Origin: Octopus vulgaris
Lineage: Eukaryota
Direction of reading: 5' to 3'
Assembly: GCA_951406725.2 (NCBI GenBank)
Contig: OX597814.1
Span: 173,042,001-173,106,000 of the forward strand
DNA: 64,000 nt
Shown: positions 1 to 15,468 of the stretch, piece by piece
How the letters are laid out: each line of letters opens with the position of its first letter
Position numbering within the stretch: the first letter of the stretch is position 1
Notes under the pieces: model-generated
The model's input: only the letters and a program-made list of their open reading frames with translations
What the model was told of the DNA's origin: nothing
Databases searched by the model: none
Made by a program: the position numbers and the translations under genes

Positions 1-130
1 GCTTTCAGGGTGACGCGAAAGGTCTGATCAGACGTCGAAACTCCCCAGTTCTTTTACAGGGTTTGGAAACACTGAAGGACCGTTGCAATAAGTGTATGGA
101 TCTGAGAGGGGAATATGATATAAAGCCAGG
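1..130 (+). mobile_element. Mariner-derived element, 3' part (transposase C-terminal remnant)
   Basis: About 60-122 translates GLETLKDRCNKCMDLRGEYD, matching the mariner C-terminal pattern GIxxLxxRWxKCxxxxGxY; a homologous copy lies at 63806-64000. Confidence 0.65.
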
Positions 131-291
131 AAGTTTTCAATGCTTTTCGTAAGTATGTGTGTGTATATATATACACACACAAATATATATATTCCACATC
201 AGCATATCGTGTAGTGGAGTCTTGATTATAATATATTTATATATATATTTACATAGAAATATACAAAATATATAATAGTAGAAATTAATAA

Positions 292-819
292 TAGTTCAGT
301 TATTGGGATTTCAAGCAATAGATATGCGGGTATTCCATTTCAGATAATGCAACACGAAAATGACGAGTATTTATGATGGAAAGTTCGTGGTATTCATATG
401 CACATCAAGAAATAATACTTGAGGATAAAACCAGTACAATAGCAGGGTTAAAAAAAGCTTAATTAGACCTTACTTGAGTTAAAATTATAATTAGAAAGGA
501 AGTACACGTGTTTCTGTATTGGAAGATCAGAATATATGTAATCATCAGATTTATAATTCTATCTTCAGGATCATTTTCAAAATATTGTTCAGCTATTTTA
601 GATCACCATAAAAATTAAGCGTTAAATCAAAAATTAAAATTAAACTTTACAAAATTAAGAATTAAAAATTATAAAGTTTAAATTATAAATATAAATTAGC
701 ACACATATATCAAACTTAGAATGTCAAACATAAAATTATATGAATCAAGAGGTCTGTGATTAAATTTAAAAAATAAAGATAACTATCCACTTGTGATTGA
801 AATCCCAATAACTGCACTA
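292..819. mobile_element. Putative MITE with about 23-bp terminal inverted repeats
   Basis: tagttcagttattgggatttcaa (292-314) vs reverse complement of 797-819, tagtgcagttattgggatttcaa (22/23 identical); TA at both outer ends. Confidence 0.55.
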
Positions 820-841
820 TATATATGCATATCTATCTATC

Positions 842-872
<31 letters not shown>

Positions 873-972
873 ATATATGCATACATATATATATACATAT
901 TAGTATGGCGATAACTATTAATTTCCGGTAACGCTGCCGTAATCTCCTTTAGAGAGACTTAGTAATTTTAAT

Positions 973-1312
<340 letters not shown>

Positions 1313-1313
1313 A

Positions 1314-2838
<1,525 letters not shown>

Positions 2839-3146
2839 TGAAATTCTGCAGCAATTTTCAGAATTTTCAGCCGCTTTGTTTCATCACCTATTTTCCAATA
2901 TTTTTCCTTTGTTTTATTTGTTTACTTTAGTCCTTTTGTTATCTTTTACTTCATGTTTTCTTGTTATATTATAATTGTTTTTTTTTCCTTTGTGTCTGCT
3001 TCCACCGTCACCCCAATCCACCCCCACCACACATTTGCTTCCCTTTTTTCTTTTTTGCTTCTAAATCTATGAATACTTTGTATACAGTAAGTAGATTATT
3101 ATTTTTTTTTGGCGGCGCTTTGTTTTAAGCGTGACAGGAGCTGGAA

Positions 3147-3147
<1 letters not shown>

Positions 3148-3183
<36 letters not shown>
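3148..3183 (+). repeat. (GGC)12 trinucleotide repeat
   Basis: Perfect GGC x12 directly after an ATG at 3146. Confidence 0.95.
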
Positions 3184-3257
3184 AGTGGAGGCACCGGACA
3201 ACGTTGGATAGTTAAAAGTAGATAAGTGAATGGTAAGATGTTAAGGATAATAATAAT

Positions 3258-3296
<39 letters not shown>

Positions 3297-3736
3297 GGAA
3301 GCATACAAATGCAAAAAAAAAACAAAAACAAAAATAAAAATAATAATTATTTTTGTAAAGTATAGTATGGTAAGGTTTGGCTTGCTTTGGTTACATCGCT
3401 TCTGAAATATTATTCAGTGACGAACGTCCTAACAACTAGAAGGGAATCTGGAAAAACTTGGAAACACGGGAAAAATGTTTATGCATGAAGTTGTCCGTTT
3501 GTCAGAAAAGCTATCTGGAATTCAACACATTAGTCTTTTGGCAGTTGTCCAATTCAATTCATATCGAACAGTTTTCAGTAAGATTCCCTCGACGTTCACT
3601 GCTAATATCTTTCGGCTATTTATTTATGTTTTTCTTCTTTATATTGTATTTTTCTTCTTGTCCTTCTTTCTTCTCTTCTTTTTTTTCTTCCTTTATTTTT
3701 TATTTATCTTTTGTAGTTGTTTTATTTCATTTCTTG

Positions 3737-3784
<48 letters not shown>

Positions 3785-3880
3785 CCAATTGATAATTCCA
3801 TACTATTTCAATCAATGAAAAGCTGTAACACTAAAACTGCTGAGATACTGACGGGAAGCCACCATTTTACACATAACGGG

Positions 3881-3919
<39 letters not shown>

Positions 3920-4187
3920 ACACACATATATATATATATATGTATATAAATACATATGCATATATTAGATATATACATAGATATATACATGTATATATAC
4001 GTATATATATATATATATGTGTGTGTGTATCGATATAAATGTATATTTGTTTATATCTACATACAAATATATGCATGCATATATGAATATATATGCATGC
4101 ACATATTTTTATGTATAAATATGTGCATATACATCCTTATATATATTTATACATACATAAAAATGTATACCCACATACCATGATATT

Positions 4188-4230
<43 letters not shown>

Positions 4231-4639
4231 ATTCATAGTTATATATATTATATTATACTTACGTATCATTTTATGTATATTTATATATATATTACGATAT
4301 ATATGTGTGTGGGAGGGTGTTTGAGTGTGTGTGGGCGTAAATGTACGTATATAACTTTTTGATATATACCTCACCATACCTGAGGAAACTGAGACACGTT
4401 CATTTGCATGATTTCAATCATTAAACTAGAATTAGTTGTGGCAGATTTTATACCGTTGTTAAATAAGTCTCGCTTATCACCAATTTCCTGCCCCTGAGCA
4501 GAACTCGAGTATTACTGCCTTGAGTCTAGCCTCTTCTTAGCTAATTCTTTCACTTCTGCCTTCCATATATTTGATTCTTTTCCTTTGTGTTTATTAGTAA
4601 GTGGCAGGCGAAATTAGATCTAAATTAAAACTTTACAAA

Positions 4640-5094
4640 TCTATATATATAAAGCTGAAGTTGTCTCTGTGTGTATGTGTGTGTGTGTGGCAGGTTTGGT
4701 AGCCTTCAACTAACACTATCTTCTCCGAGACCCTGCGGTGCAAGTTGACGAAAATTGAGGGTATGATAGAACAAGGCTTGCTCTTCATTCCGCAGAAGTA
4801 AAAATTCAAATCGGACCATGTTAAGACTAAAAATTCTTTACATCAAAATGGTGCTTTTTCTCTATGAAAATCCCTATTTTTTACGATTTTTTTACTGCTG
4901 TGTCGCCATTTTTCAGTGTATTTCAACCAGAAAAATTTTCCCTTAAAGAGAATAACAAGTTACATAATGCAAATTTTTTACTTCTCAAAAAAGATTGAAA
5001 CTATGTCAAAACTTTGTTAACGTGACATTAAAGTCTGCTGTATTAAGCGCAACTCAAAAATACAAACCCGAGCATCGCCGCGCAATATTGCTAG
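4640..5094 (+). mobile_element. Non-autonomous Helitron (family H1)
   Basis: A|TC 5' end, 3' hairpin cccgagcatcgccgcg then CTAG|T, no TSD; second copy at 42708-43094. Confidence 0.85.
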
Positions 5095-5289
5095 TACTAA
5101 GTAAATAATGTTATTTGCATGACTATGAAATACCTTCAGACATACACGCGCATACTTATATCAAGGTGAGCGCGTGTGAAGTAATGTATGCAAATACGCA
5201 CGTATGTATTTATATTACACTTTCTAATATATGGTTCAGGCCTGCAATTTAGGGGGTTTAGTCGACTACATCGATCCTAGTGCTTCAGT

Positions 5290-5497
5290 TTTAGTAAAAT
5301 GAATAGACCCCAGTACTTAATTATTTTGATCAGCCTGGTACTTATTCTATCGGTTTCTTTGCTGAACCGCTAAGTTACGGGGACATGAGCACGCCAACAC
5401 CGGATGTCAAGCGGTGGTGAAGGACAAGCACAGATACAAAGAAATACATATACACGCACACACTCATACACATACACACACGCACACACACACACAA

Positions 5498-5555
<58 letters not shown>

Positions 5556-5645
5556 GACGGATTTTATCCAGTTTCCATCAACCAAATCTACTCAGAAGGC
5601 TCTGGTCAGCCCGTGGCTATAGTAGAAGACATTTGTCCAAGGCAC
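5290..5645 (-). mobile_element. SINE family B (CORE-like), truncated
   Basis: Homologous to full copies such as 47920-48334; internal (CA)n(TA)n. Confidence 0.85.
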
Positions 5646-5673
5646 AGGCGTCGTCGTAACCGATGGAGTGCCA

Positions 5674-5718
<45 letters not shown>

Positions 5719-5784
5719 CTTTTATACTCTTTTACTCTTTTACTCGTTTCAGTCATTTGACTGCTCTTAACCACTATGCCATAT

Positions 5785-5920
5785 GCCCAAGACACCTGAA
5801 GAAGGCTGGAGGGTATATCAGCCGAAACGTTGTGTTAACAACAAACAAGATGAGGATAAATATCCGTCGAATGTAAATAAAGTAAATAATGTACATAATT
5901 CCTCTGTCTTGTACAGAATT
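5785..5920 (+). mobile_element. Short hammerhead-bearing repeat (Penelope/retrozyme-like), family P1
   Basis: About 130 bp homologous to 19756-19886; contains a hammerhead motif. Confidence 0.65.
5791..5836 (+). ncRNA. Minimal type I hammerhead ribozyme motif (Penelope-like)
   Basis: gacac-CTGAAGA-a-ggctg(gagggtatat)cagcc-GAAA-CGTT-gtgtt: helix I gacac/gtgtt, helix II ggctg/cagcc, palindromic helix III AACGTT. Confidence 0.75.
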
Positions 5921-6150
5921 GGCAACTAAAACCTTTACTGGTAATAGCCGGCTGTAGTTGTAACTGGGCTTCATGTACCTTTGCATGTCGTTTAAGTCCT
6001 TCTGCCGAATTACACTCTTCCACATGCCCGACAGATATGATTAGTAGTGGCCAGGTTGTCACTCATCTGTCTCGTTTTATGACTACGAAGATGACTCATG
6101 AGTCCAGCTTTAGTGAGGCAGGGTCTTGCACAGACATTGCATGTAAGAAT
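5908..6150 (-). pseudogene. Frameshifted tandem C2H2 zinc-finger fragment, probably an RTE-clade LINE C-terminus
   Basis: LTCNVCARPCLTKAGLMSHLRSH...HICRACGRV/CNSAEGLKRHAKVH...FSCQFC; the CxxCxRxCxSxxGLxxH form is typical of RTE ORF tails; one frameshift near 6012. Confidence 0.7.
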
Positions 6151-6245
6151 CAAAGGAAACCTTCAGCAAGTCTTTATACCTCTTTTTTGGTTTATGTGGA
6201 GGTCGTTCTCCTTTAGCTAACTCTCCTTGTTTTTTTACTGTATCC

Positions 6246-6281
6246 CTTTCTGTAGAAGAGCGTAGGCTCGAAACGTAAAAG
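6246..6281 (+). ncRNA. Minimal hammerhead-like motif with atypical core, on a short repeat (about 6205-6331)
   Basis: cttt-CTGTAGA-a-gagc(gtag)gctc-GAAA-CGTA-aaag; helices I and II perfect; core position 6 is U instead of A. Confidence 0.55.
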
Positions 6282-6383
6282 ACTTTTTCTATTCCTGAGC
6301 GTTATACTAATACATCTGTTTGTTTTGTACACCACCTGTCTTCGTCTTTTGTTTTTTTCGTAAACTCTCCCTATATATGTATG

Positions 6384-6449
<66 letters not shown>

Positions 6450-6599
6450 GTACTAAAGAGAACGTGATGAGAGAGATTTAATAGAACTATGCCTCTTGAT
6501 TTTTGAATAATGCAATCTTGAGCTTACTAATAATATACGGAAGGAGTAATATCTAAAATATACCGGTTCAGATAACGTCACTCTTTACAAATTATATTT

Positions 6600-9260
6600 T
6601 GTGAAGAATAGGCATAATGCGAATGTGTATGTGTATATGTGTGTAAGTGTGTGTGTGAAATTTGATAAAAAGTTTCTTTTCGTTTTTCTGAGGAAAACTT
6701 ATATTTACTTAGATATACAAAGAGCTGAATATGTAACATACAGATCTTCGAATATCATTATCTTTTGCACGATTGTATTATATAAGTCATATGTATTATT
6801 GTAAATGACACTTGTCTGACAAGAGGTTAGTATATGCAGGGCGAATAGTGTTATCTAATGATGATAGCGAACATTACGAAGAAATCTAATATTGTTGAAT
6901 TAAGAGAAGGTTTTGCAATGTAACAAATACACTGGAATATAAGTTAAAATTTGAATTATTATAGTATAAAATTAAAGCGGATTAAACTAATGATATAATA
7001 GCATACACGTTTGTGTAAATTCATAATTTGTTCAAATAGAAGAGTCTGATGAAAAAGTCCTAATGATTTTAAATAAAAATAAACTTTGTGAAACTTATGA
7101 AACTTATTAAACTTAATAAATTGATGGTTTAAGTTGCAAGTTCAGTAATTGAATAAATTATAATTAATGGTGGGACATTAATTGAGTCTAATGTTAAGCT
7201 ATTAAATTAATCTATTACAGGGTGGAACTCTACAAGATTCAAAATTACTATGATAGATGTACTTTCTATGATAGATCATTATTGAATTGAAAGCTATGAC
7301 GAATATCACAAGTCGCTGCAATTAATGGAATTGTATTGCAGTTATTATTAAAAATAACGTTTGAGTTAAATGTTTTCCATATGGGTAAAGGTATATCTTA
7401 TATGAAGTAAATGTTAATTGAAGTGTATTAAGTTATGCAGCAAAATATTCGTGTGAGGTCTTTAAATAATTGTTTAAAAATATTGGTGTGAGGTCTTTAA
7501 ATAATTGTTTAAATAATTGTTTGGCGACGGACCGGCGTCCCGTCCAGGTGGGGAACCTATACGCCAAGAAACCAGGAAACCGGCCCTTATGAGTCAGGCA
7601 TGGCTCGAGAAGGAACAAACAGTAACAACAACAAATAATTGTTTGGAAATATACAAAATTAGTTTGTTTCACTAATTAACATAATATGTTTTATCTAATT
7701 AACATAATATATTTCTTCTTTTATCTTTCACTTGTTTCAGTCAATAGATTGCAGCCATGCTGGGGAACAGCCTTGAAGGAGTTTTAGCCGTTTGGGGTGA
7801 CGTCAGAACTTATTTCTTTAAAGTTTTCTACTTATTTTATTGGTCTCCTTATACATTTCATAGGTCTTAAATTCATATTCTTGTAATATTATAATTTTTC
7901 TGCGTAGTCGTTTCCGTTTGGTGTTTTCATTATAAAAGTTAGACATATTATTGAAAACGTATTCATTTAGAGATACAGCAGAGTTTTAAGGATTCATTTT
8001 AAACAAGACCCTTAAAATTTTTTGAGTTACTGTTTAATGTACGAATACACTGAAGTTTTTCTACTGTTTGTATTATGTATATTGAAAGTAATCTAAGTTA
8101 AATATAACAACAAGATAGTTAGTAACTTTTGGATAAGCTTGAACTGTAATTAAGAAATCATTAAGAATTTTAAAAAATTATGGAAGATCAGACAGAATTA
8201 CGAGGTTAAAGTTAAGTCCTAGTAAAAAATTGTGCTTTCGATAAAATGCAATTGAACTAAACTGGAATGTTATATAACGCGTTTAAATTGTACAAAGCTA
8301 CGATATTACTGATCGCAAGTGACCCTTTTCAACCCATACTAACGATCGTTATTTTGTTTCTTTTTTCTAAATACACTTATCAAAGTATTCTAAATATGAA
8401 GGTACTGCCAATGCTTTTGTTTTCTTAGATAAGTGGGTATGTAAAAATATGTTCAGCGATTGTAAAATTGTGATCTTTTGCGCTAAGTGCAAGATATTTA
8501 TCTAGGATTTCATTAAACCATTATATTTGTATCATTCCAAAAGAGTAGTTGTGACCTATGCTTGATTTTGGACAATAACTAACAGAACATATGTTCAACT
8601 AAAGGCTTAAATATCAGTTTTAGAAAGATAATTATGTCTGATTGGCGAGAGATTAGTATAACTAGAATAAAATGCTCTTCAAACTTATCATTTAAAATCT
8701 GGTTGTGTGGTAATCGTTTTAGAAAAGTATTAGTATAGTTTAAGATGTCGTAAATTGTTTTCCATGTAAATTTGTAAGTGAAATTTAAAGATGTTGTTGG
8801 TAGGTTTGTTTGTTGATTTCTTGAAGGGTTTTATTTGTTGTATCAGCTTAGATGAAATGCATAGTTCCAAATCTTTAACATTTTGCTCCTATTCCTGAGA
8901 ACATTCTGGAATGATACGATAGTTCATTAAAAGTTGTCATTCTTTCATGAGGAGGGATAAGCTGTCTTCAAATAATTGGAAAAAAAAACTTGTTAAAAGT
9001 AGGCTAAGTTAGCCCTATAAAACATAATTTATCATTTTTCTTTCTTTACACAGTTACACAGAAGTGAAATTTCCCCTTGTGTGTGCGCGTGTGTGTTATC
9101 ATTGACAATTAGTGTGTCTTTCATATAAAAATCTAAAGTTCTATTGTTTTCCGATATCTAATCCAACATAATTATTTTGGTAATAGATATTTTCTCTTTT
9201 TTTTTTGCTACTTGTTTATCAGTATTTATCAATCAATAAATATTAAAGCTGACTTCGATG
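6600..9260 (-). mobile_element. Highly decayed non-LTR retrotransposon (RT region)
   Basis: Minus-strand remnants in the expected RT order: ATCDIxxAFNSI-like (about 7285-7320), GVRQG/SP..FN-like (about 6970-7015), MFA(DD)-like (about 6860-6875); many stops. Confidence 0.4.
7525..7632 (+). mobile_element. 5'-truncated SINE tail (V-domain-like start, (AAC)n tail)
   Basis: gcgacggaccggcgtcccgtccagg...gagaaggaacaaac; 14-bp TSD aaataattgtttgg at 7511-7524 and 7633-7646; homologue at 19510-19582 (-). Confidence 0.75.
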
Positions 9261-9816
9261 TGGGAGTTTATATCGATACCTACTAGACACATTAATTGTT
9301 GTTTATACTTTGTCCTCAATCAGCTCAGGTATGCACAATGCTATTGTGATAGAAGTTTCGGCCGTGACCCTCATTATTATAATTTTGTTGTTTCTGTAGT
9401 TGATATTTCTGGTAGGTCGAGAGATCTCGTAAAAGTTCTTTCGTCGGCTCATCACCATTTATCCTCTGACAATTGTCTCCTCCGTAAATATTCTGATGTT
9501 GTTCTTACAATATGGCATTGAAGTCCAGATCAGCTCCCACTTCCATCGAATTTATGCTTCCTAAAATTTACTTAGAAAATCTCGCTGTTTATTGTTTTCA
9601 ATTTATTGCCTGCTTAATATCAGTTGAGCTCAGTTTTCCTACTCACTATATTGCAGATACCAACTCTTCCTTATGTGTATTTATTACGCTGGACGCTTCC
9701 TAATATAATGCCTTTGAGCACTTAGTATAATTTTTAACTTAGTATAACTGGCGTACCAGTATGTTACCACACCAGGCGATTTGGTGCAAATATTTCACAA
9801 GAGTTACGTTTTTTGT

Positions 9817-10175
9817 ATCTTTTAACTTTTACTTGTTTCAGTTATTTGACTACGGCCATGTGGGAGCATCGCGTTGAAGGATTTTAACTAAACAAATCGA
9901 CCTCAGGACTTTTGAAAGCTTGGTACTTATACCATCGGTCTCGTTTTGCCGAAATACTAAGTTACAGGGATGTAAACACACTAACACCGGTTGTCAAGCA
10001 GAGTGTGGGACAAACACAGATATAAATACACACACATCGACATATACACATATATAGATATACTCCTCTGCTTATTTTCAGTTTCCATCCACCAAAACCA
10101 CGAACAATGCTTGGTCGGCCTGAGGCAATAGTGGAAGACATTTATCCAATGTGCCACGCAGTGGGACTGAACCCG
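9817..10175 (-). mobile_element. SINE family B, diverged
   Basis: Homology to the other B copies (tail cttttacttgtttcagt, head gtgccacgcagtgggactgaaccc). Confidence 0.85.
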
Positions 10176-10352
10176 TAAACGTTCACATTATATGAAGTAA
10201 GTAAATTGTACGAATGGGGAAGCATTTACGTTCATGTATATCACTGGTTATTACTTATAACACACATATTTAATAATGTTATGCAGTAGTTCAAGAACTA
10301 CTACGCTACCGTTTCTATTTTTTTAACCAATAAGAGTAACCGACTAGCTTAC

Positions 10353-10751
10353 AAACTATCTTATTCTAGCTTCCATAAATAGCAGCTACACACATCTTTT
10401 TGTATTTTTCCAATGCCTGGATAAGATTTGTCAGATAAAATTTCTCTCGGAAATTGCTTATAGACGATTCATCGTATATAAGTTCTATGAACGATACCAG
10501 TCTTGCCTTCCCCGCTCATTTTTTTTTTTACTGCCACCATCGTTAGAAATGTTAAACAATCTTACTCTACCTTCCATAAATAGCAGCCACACACGTCTTT
10601 TTATATTTTTCCAACGCCTGGATAAGATTTGTCAGATAAAATTTCTCTCGGAAATTACTTATAGACGATTCACCGTATATAAGTTCTATGAACGATACCA
10701 GTCTAGCTTTCCCTGCTCCTTTTACAGCCACAATCGTAAGAAATGTTAAAC
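10353..10751. repeat. About 200-bp tandem duplication (2 copies)
   Basis: 10353-10553 and 10554-10751 share long identical blocks, e.g. gcctggataagatttgtcagataaaatttctctcggaaatt. Confidence 0.9.
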
Positions 10752-11754
10752 GCTGAGGCGGCAACTCAACTTCTCGTGTAATCTAGTAGCTAGATATCAA
10801 GACTGTAGAAATGAACAGACTCGAATAGAGAAGATATACTTGCAGTGATACGGTGCTCTTTTATATGCAGACTTGCTGCTATCATATCCGATGCAACGTG
10901 CATATTTCTAACAATGCATGTGCACAGCTTAGTTTCTTTTTACTTAGTAACCGTCAAATACGCTGGAAAGGAATACTTGGATTCTAAAAGTCCAGACTAA
11001 ACTGTCATGTCCAATTATTACGCTGACTTCTCCCAGACATAGTCAAGATGGTGTGTTAGAAGGTGAACGTGATATGAAAGACAAATTCAGTAGAAAACGG
11101 TTGTCGTCTCCACTAAGCTGATTAAAGGCGGCACATGAGACACTGGACCCACTTTCACGAATGTTCTCCGATAGACGGAAGATAGTTAATGATGATACAA
11201 CTACGTAAGTGATGGCTGGAGAAGTTTATTTCCATACTCTCTCTTTCTCTTTCTTTATCTCTCTCTTTTTCTCTTTCTATTTCTCCTCAATTCGCTCTTT
11301 CTCTCCCTCTTATTCTCTCCACGACAACTACGGTCATTTTCTCTCAATTTTTCTATACGCTCTCTCAGTCTCCTTACCTCTATTTCTCTCACTCTCATAT
11401 ACACATAATCTCGCAGTCATTCATTCACTTTCTCTCTCTCTCTCTCCTCCATTCTCTCTACTTCTTGCGATAAAAGAAACAAAAGGAGATTATATAAAAG
11501 TATTCATATTTCATGTATGGTTTCTCTTATTGGGTTTTCTACTTTCACTTTAGTCATGTCTCCTTCTTTCACTAAGGATGTTTTAACATATCCGAATACA
11601 TACAGTTGGAAAATAATTAAATCAAGCAAGTAGAGTTTGATGAAGGAAAAAAGCCGATCTTAAAGTGTAAATATGTGCATTTATCTGCAAAAGCATGTAC
11701 TCTGTATGTTTGCATGTATTTACGTTTGCATAGATACAAGCATCATTGTAAATA

Positions 11755-13749
<1,995 letters not shown>

Positions 13750-15268
13750 TTGCTGTGAAAGCAATATTGGGCTGTGAATATAGTTATTCGTCAAAATACA
13801 TTAAGAAAATTAATTCTGAATCTCTACATTTACAGTTCCAAATACGTCTTGCTTTTGCAGTGTTTCGTAATGCACTGTGGTGGTTTAGCAAACCATTGAA
13901 TATGGGTGATTTGAATATATTAACAAGAACTGGTCGGCCGCGTAAAGTATATTCAATCGAATCTCTCGCGAGTCAACATGGGATCCCTTGTCGACATTGT
14001 AAATTTCTTCTGATTAAGGTATCTTTCGCCAGATGAATAACTAGCAGATTACCCGTCGTTTGGATAACAACTGCATTCGTGATTCTTCTAGCTATGAAAC
14101 ATATGTAGCCTGAATTTTATCTACTCTAATATATATAAATATGGGAAATTTAAGCAGCTCTAATGTAATAACTACATATAATACACTGACTACATATACT
14201 TAATATATATGTTCCGTGTATTTTCCGCTGGCTGCAATAGCGTGGTGGAGTGTATATACTCTCAAAGCGTATGGTCTTTAAATACCTCCGAGTCATGCAT
14301 GGTAACTCACATTCAATCCCATGTGGGAGTGATGGACACCAAGTGCTTCGCCATTTCTGTGGCTTGTCAACATCGCGTACCCCCCAGGTTTGAAGGCAAG
14401 TCACCAAGCCAATCCACGACGTATATGCACATGGCTTGGAAAACCATGGGCTGGCGTGATTGTAATTGTAGTTGTAATTATGAAGTCAAACCAAACAGTA
14501 ATATTTTAAAATCATTTAATGCTTATTTTTCAGGTTTGCATTATATATAAGAAATGCATTAGTTATGTAAACCTTACTCAGTTAAACTATTTCAATATAT
14601 GTATGTGTTTCTCTGTTTGTGTGTGTGTGTGTCTAAGATAAATGTATTCACACACACCCCGAGTATGAGTCAAAAATTTGAATATTAATAGTATTAATAT
14701 AAACCGGCTTACAACTGAAGTTATTTGAACATTTTAAGGTACGTGTGTTGATTTCTGCACTCTTCCCTTCTTCCTTGACGCAGTCGCTCACCGTTGATTG
14801 CCACGGATAAGGGATTCCAGGCTAGCCAATTATAATGCAAGCCACTTGAACAACCGAAGCAGTTGAACGGGATATTCCTGGGCAATTGCATAGGATTAAA
14901 CTGGACCGCATGTCAGAACAACGAATATTCATCTTTTCGCTATCAAATGTTTCTAAACTATATAAAACAATATGTGTATATGGATCGTGATTTGCTTAGA
15001 AGCAAAACACTGTACCAGAATTTTCGACTCGAGCCAGTTTCAACAAACTGCTCGCAATCCTTGTCAGAACAACCGCGTAAATGGAGTCAGAACAGACTAG
15101 TTTTGGTTTGCATCAATTCATCGAATTTGTAACAGTGATTTCAAACCAAATAATGATATTTTGGAAGCATTTAATACGTACGTTTCAGATCTTGCGTAAT
15201 GTATAAGAAATATATCCCTTTACGTATGTATTTCATATTACGGTTTGACTTCATTTATACGAATTAAC

Positions 15269-15311
15269 GCCTCTGATGAAAACCCAATACGGTTCGAAAC
15301 CTGATTAAGGT
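15269..15311 (+). ncRNA. Degenerate hammerhead motif
   Basis: gcct-CTGATGA-a-aacc(caatac)ggtt-c-GAAA-cctgatta-aggt; core intact, helix III and the helix II closing pair mismatched. Confidence 0.45.
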
Positions 15312-15324
15312 TGTTTAGTTTTTC

Positions 15325-15468
15325 AGTATGAATTCAAATTCAGCCGAGATCGACATCGCTTTTCTGAGTTAATAAAATAAGTACTAGTTGAACACTTAAG
15401 TCGTTCTAATCGACTTATAACCGACCCCTGAAATTGCTGGCCTTGTGCCAAAATTTGAAACTAATATT
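15325..15468 (+). mobile_element. SINE family A fragment
   Basis: aattcaaattcagccgagatcgac...ataaaataagtactag...gaaattgctggccttgtgccaaaatttgaaac. Confidence 0.7.

Noticed and set aside
500-570. Minus-strand CTGATGA...GAAACACGTGTA hammerhead candidate
   Set aside because: No convincing helix I or helix II
14040-14150. Helitron-like termini (actagcagattacccg; atctactctaatatatataaat)
   Set aside because: Ends face inconsistent directions and no partner termini were found
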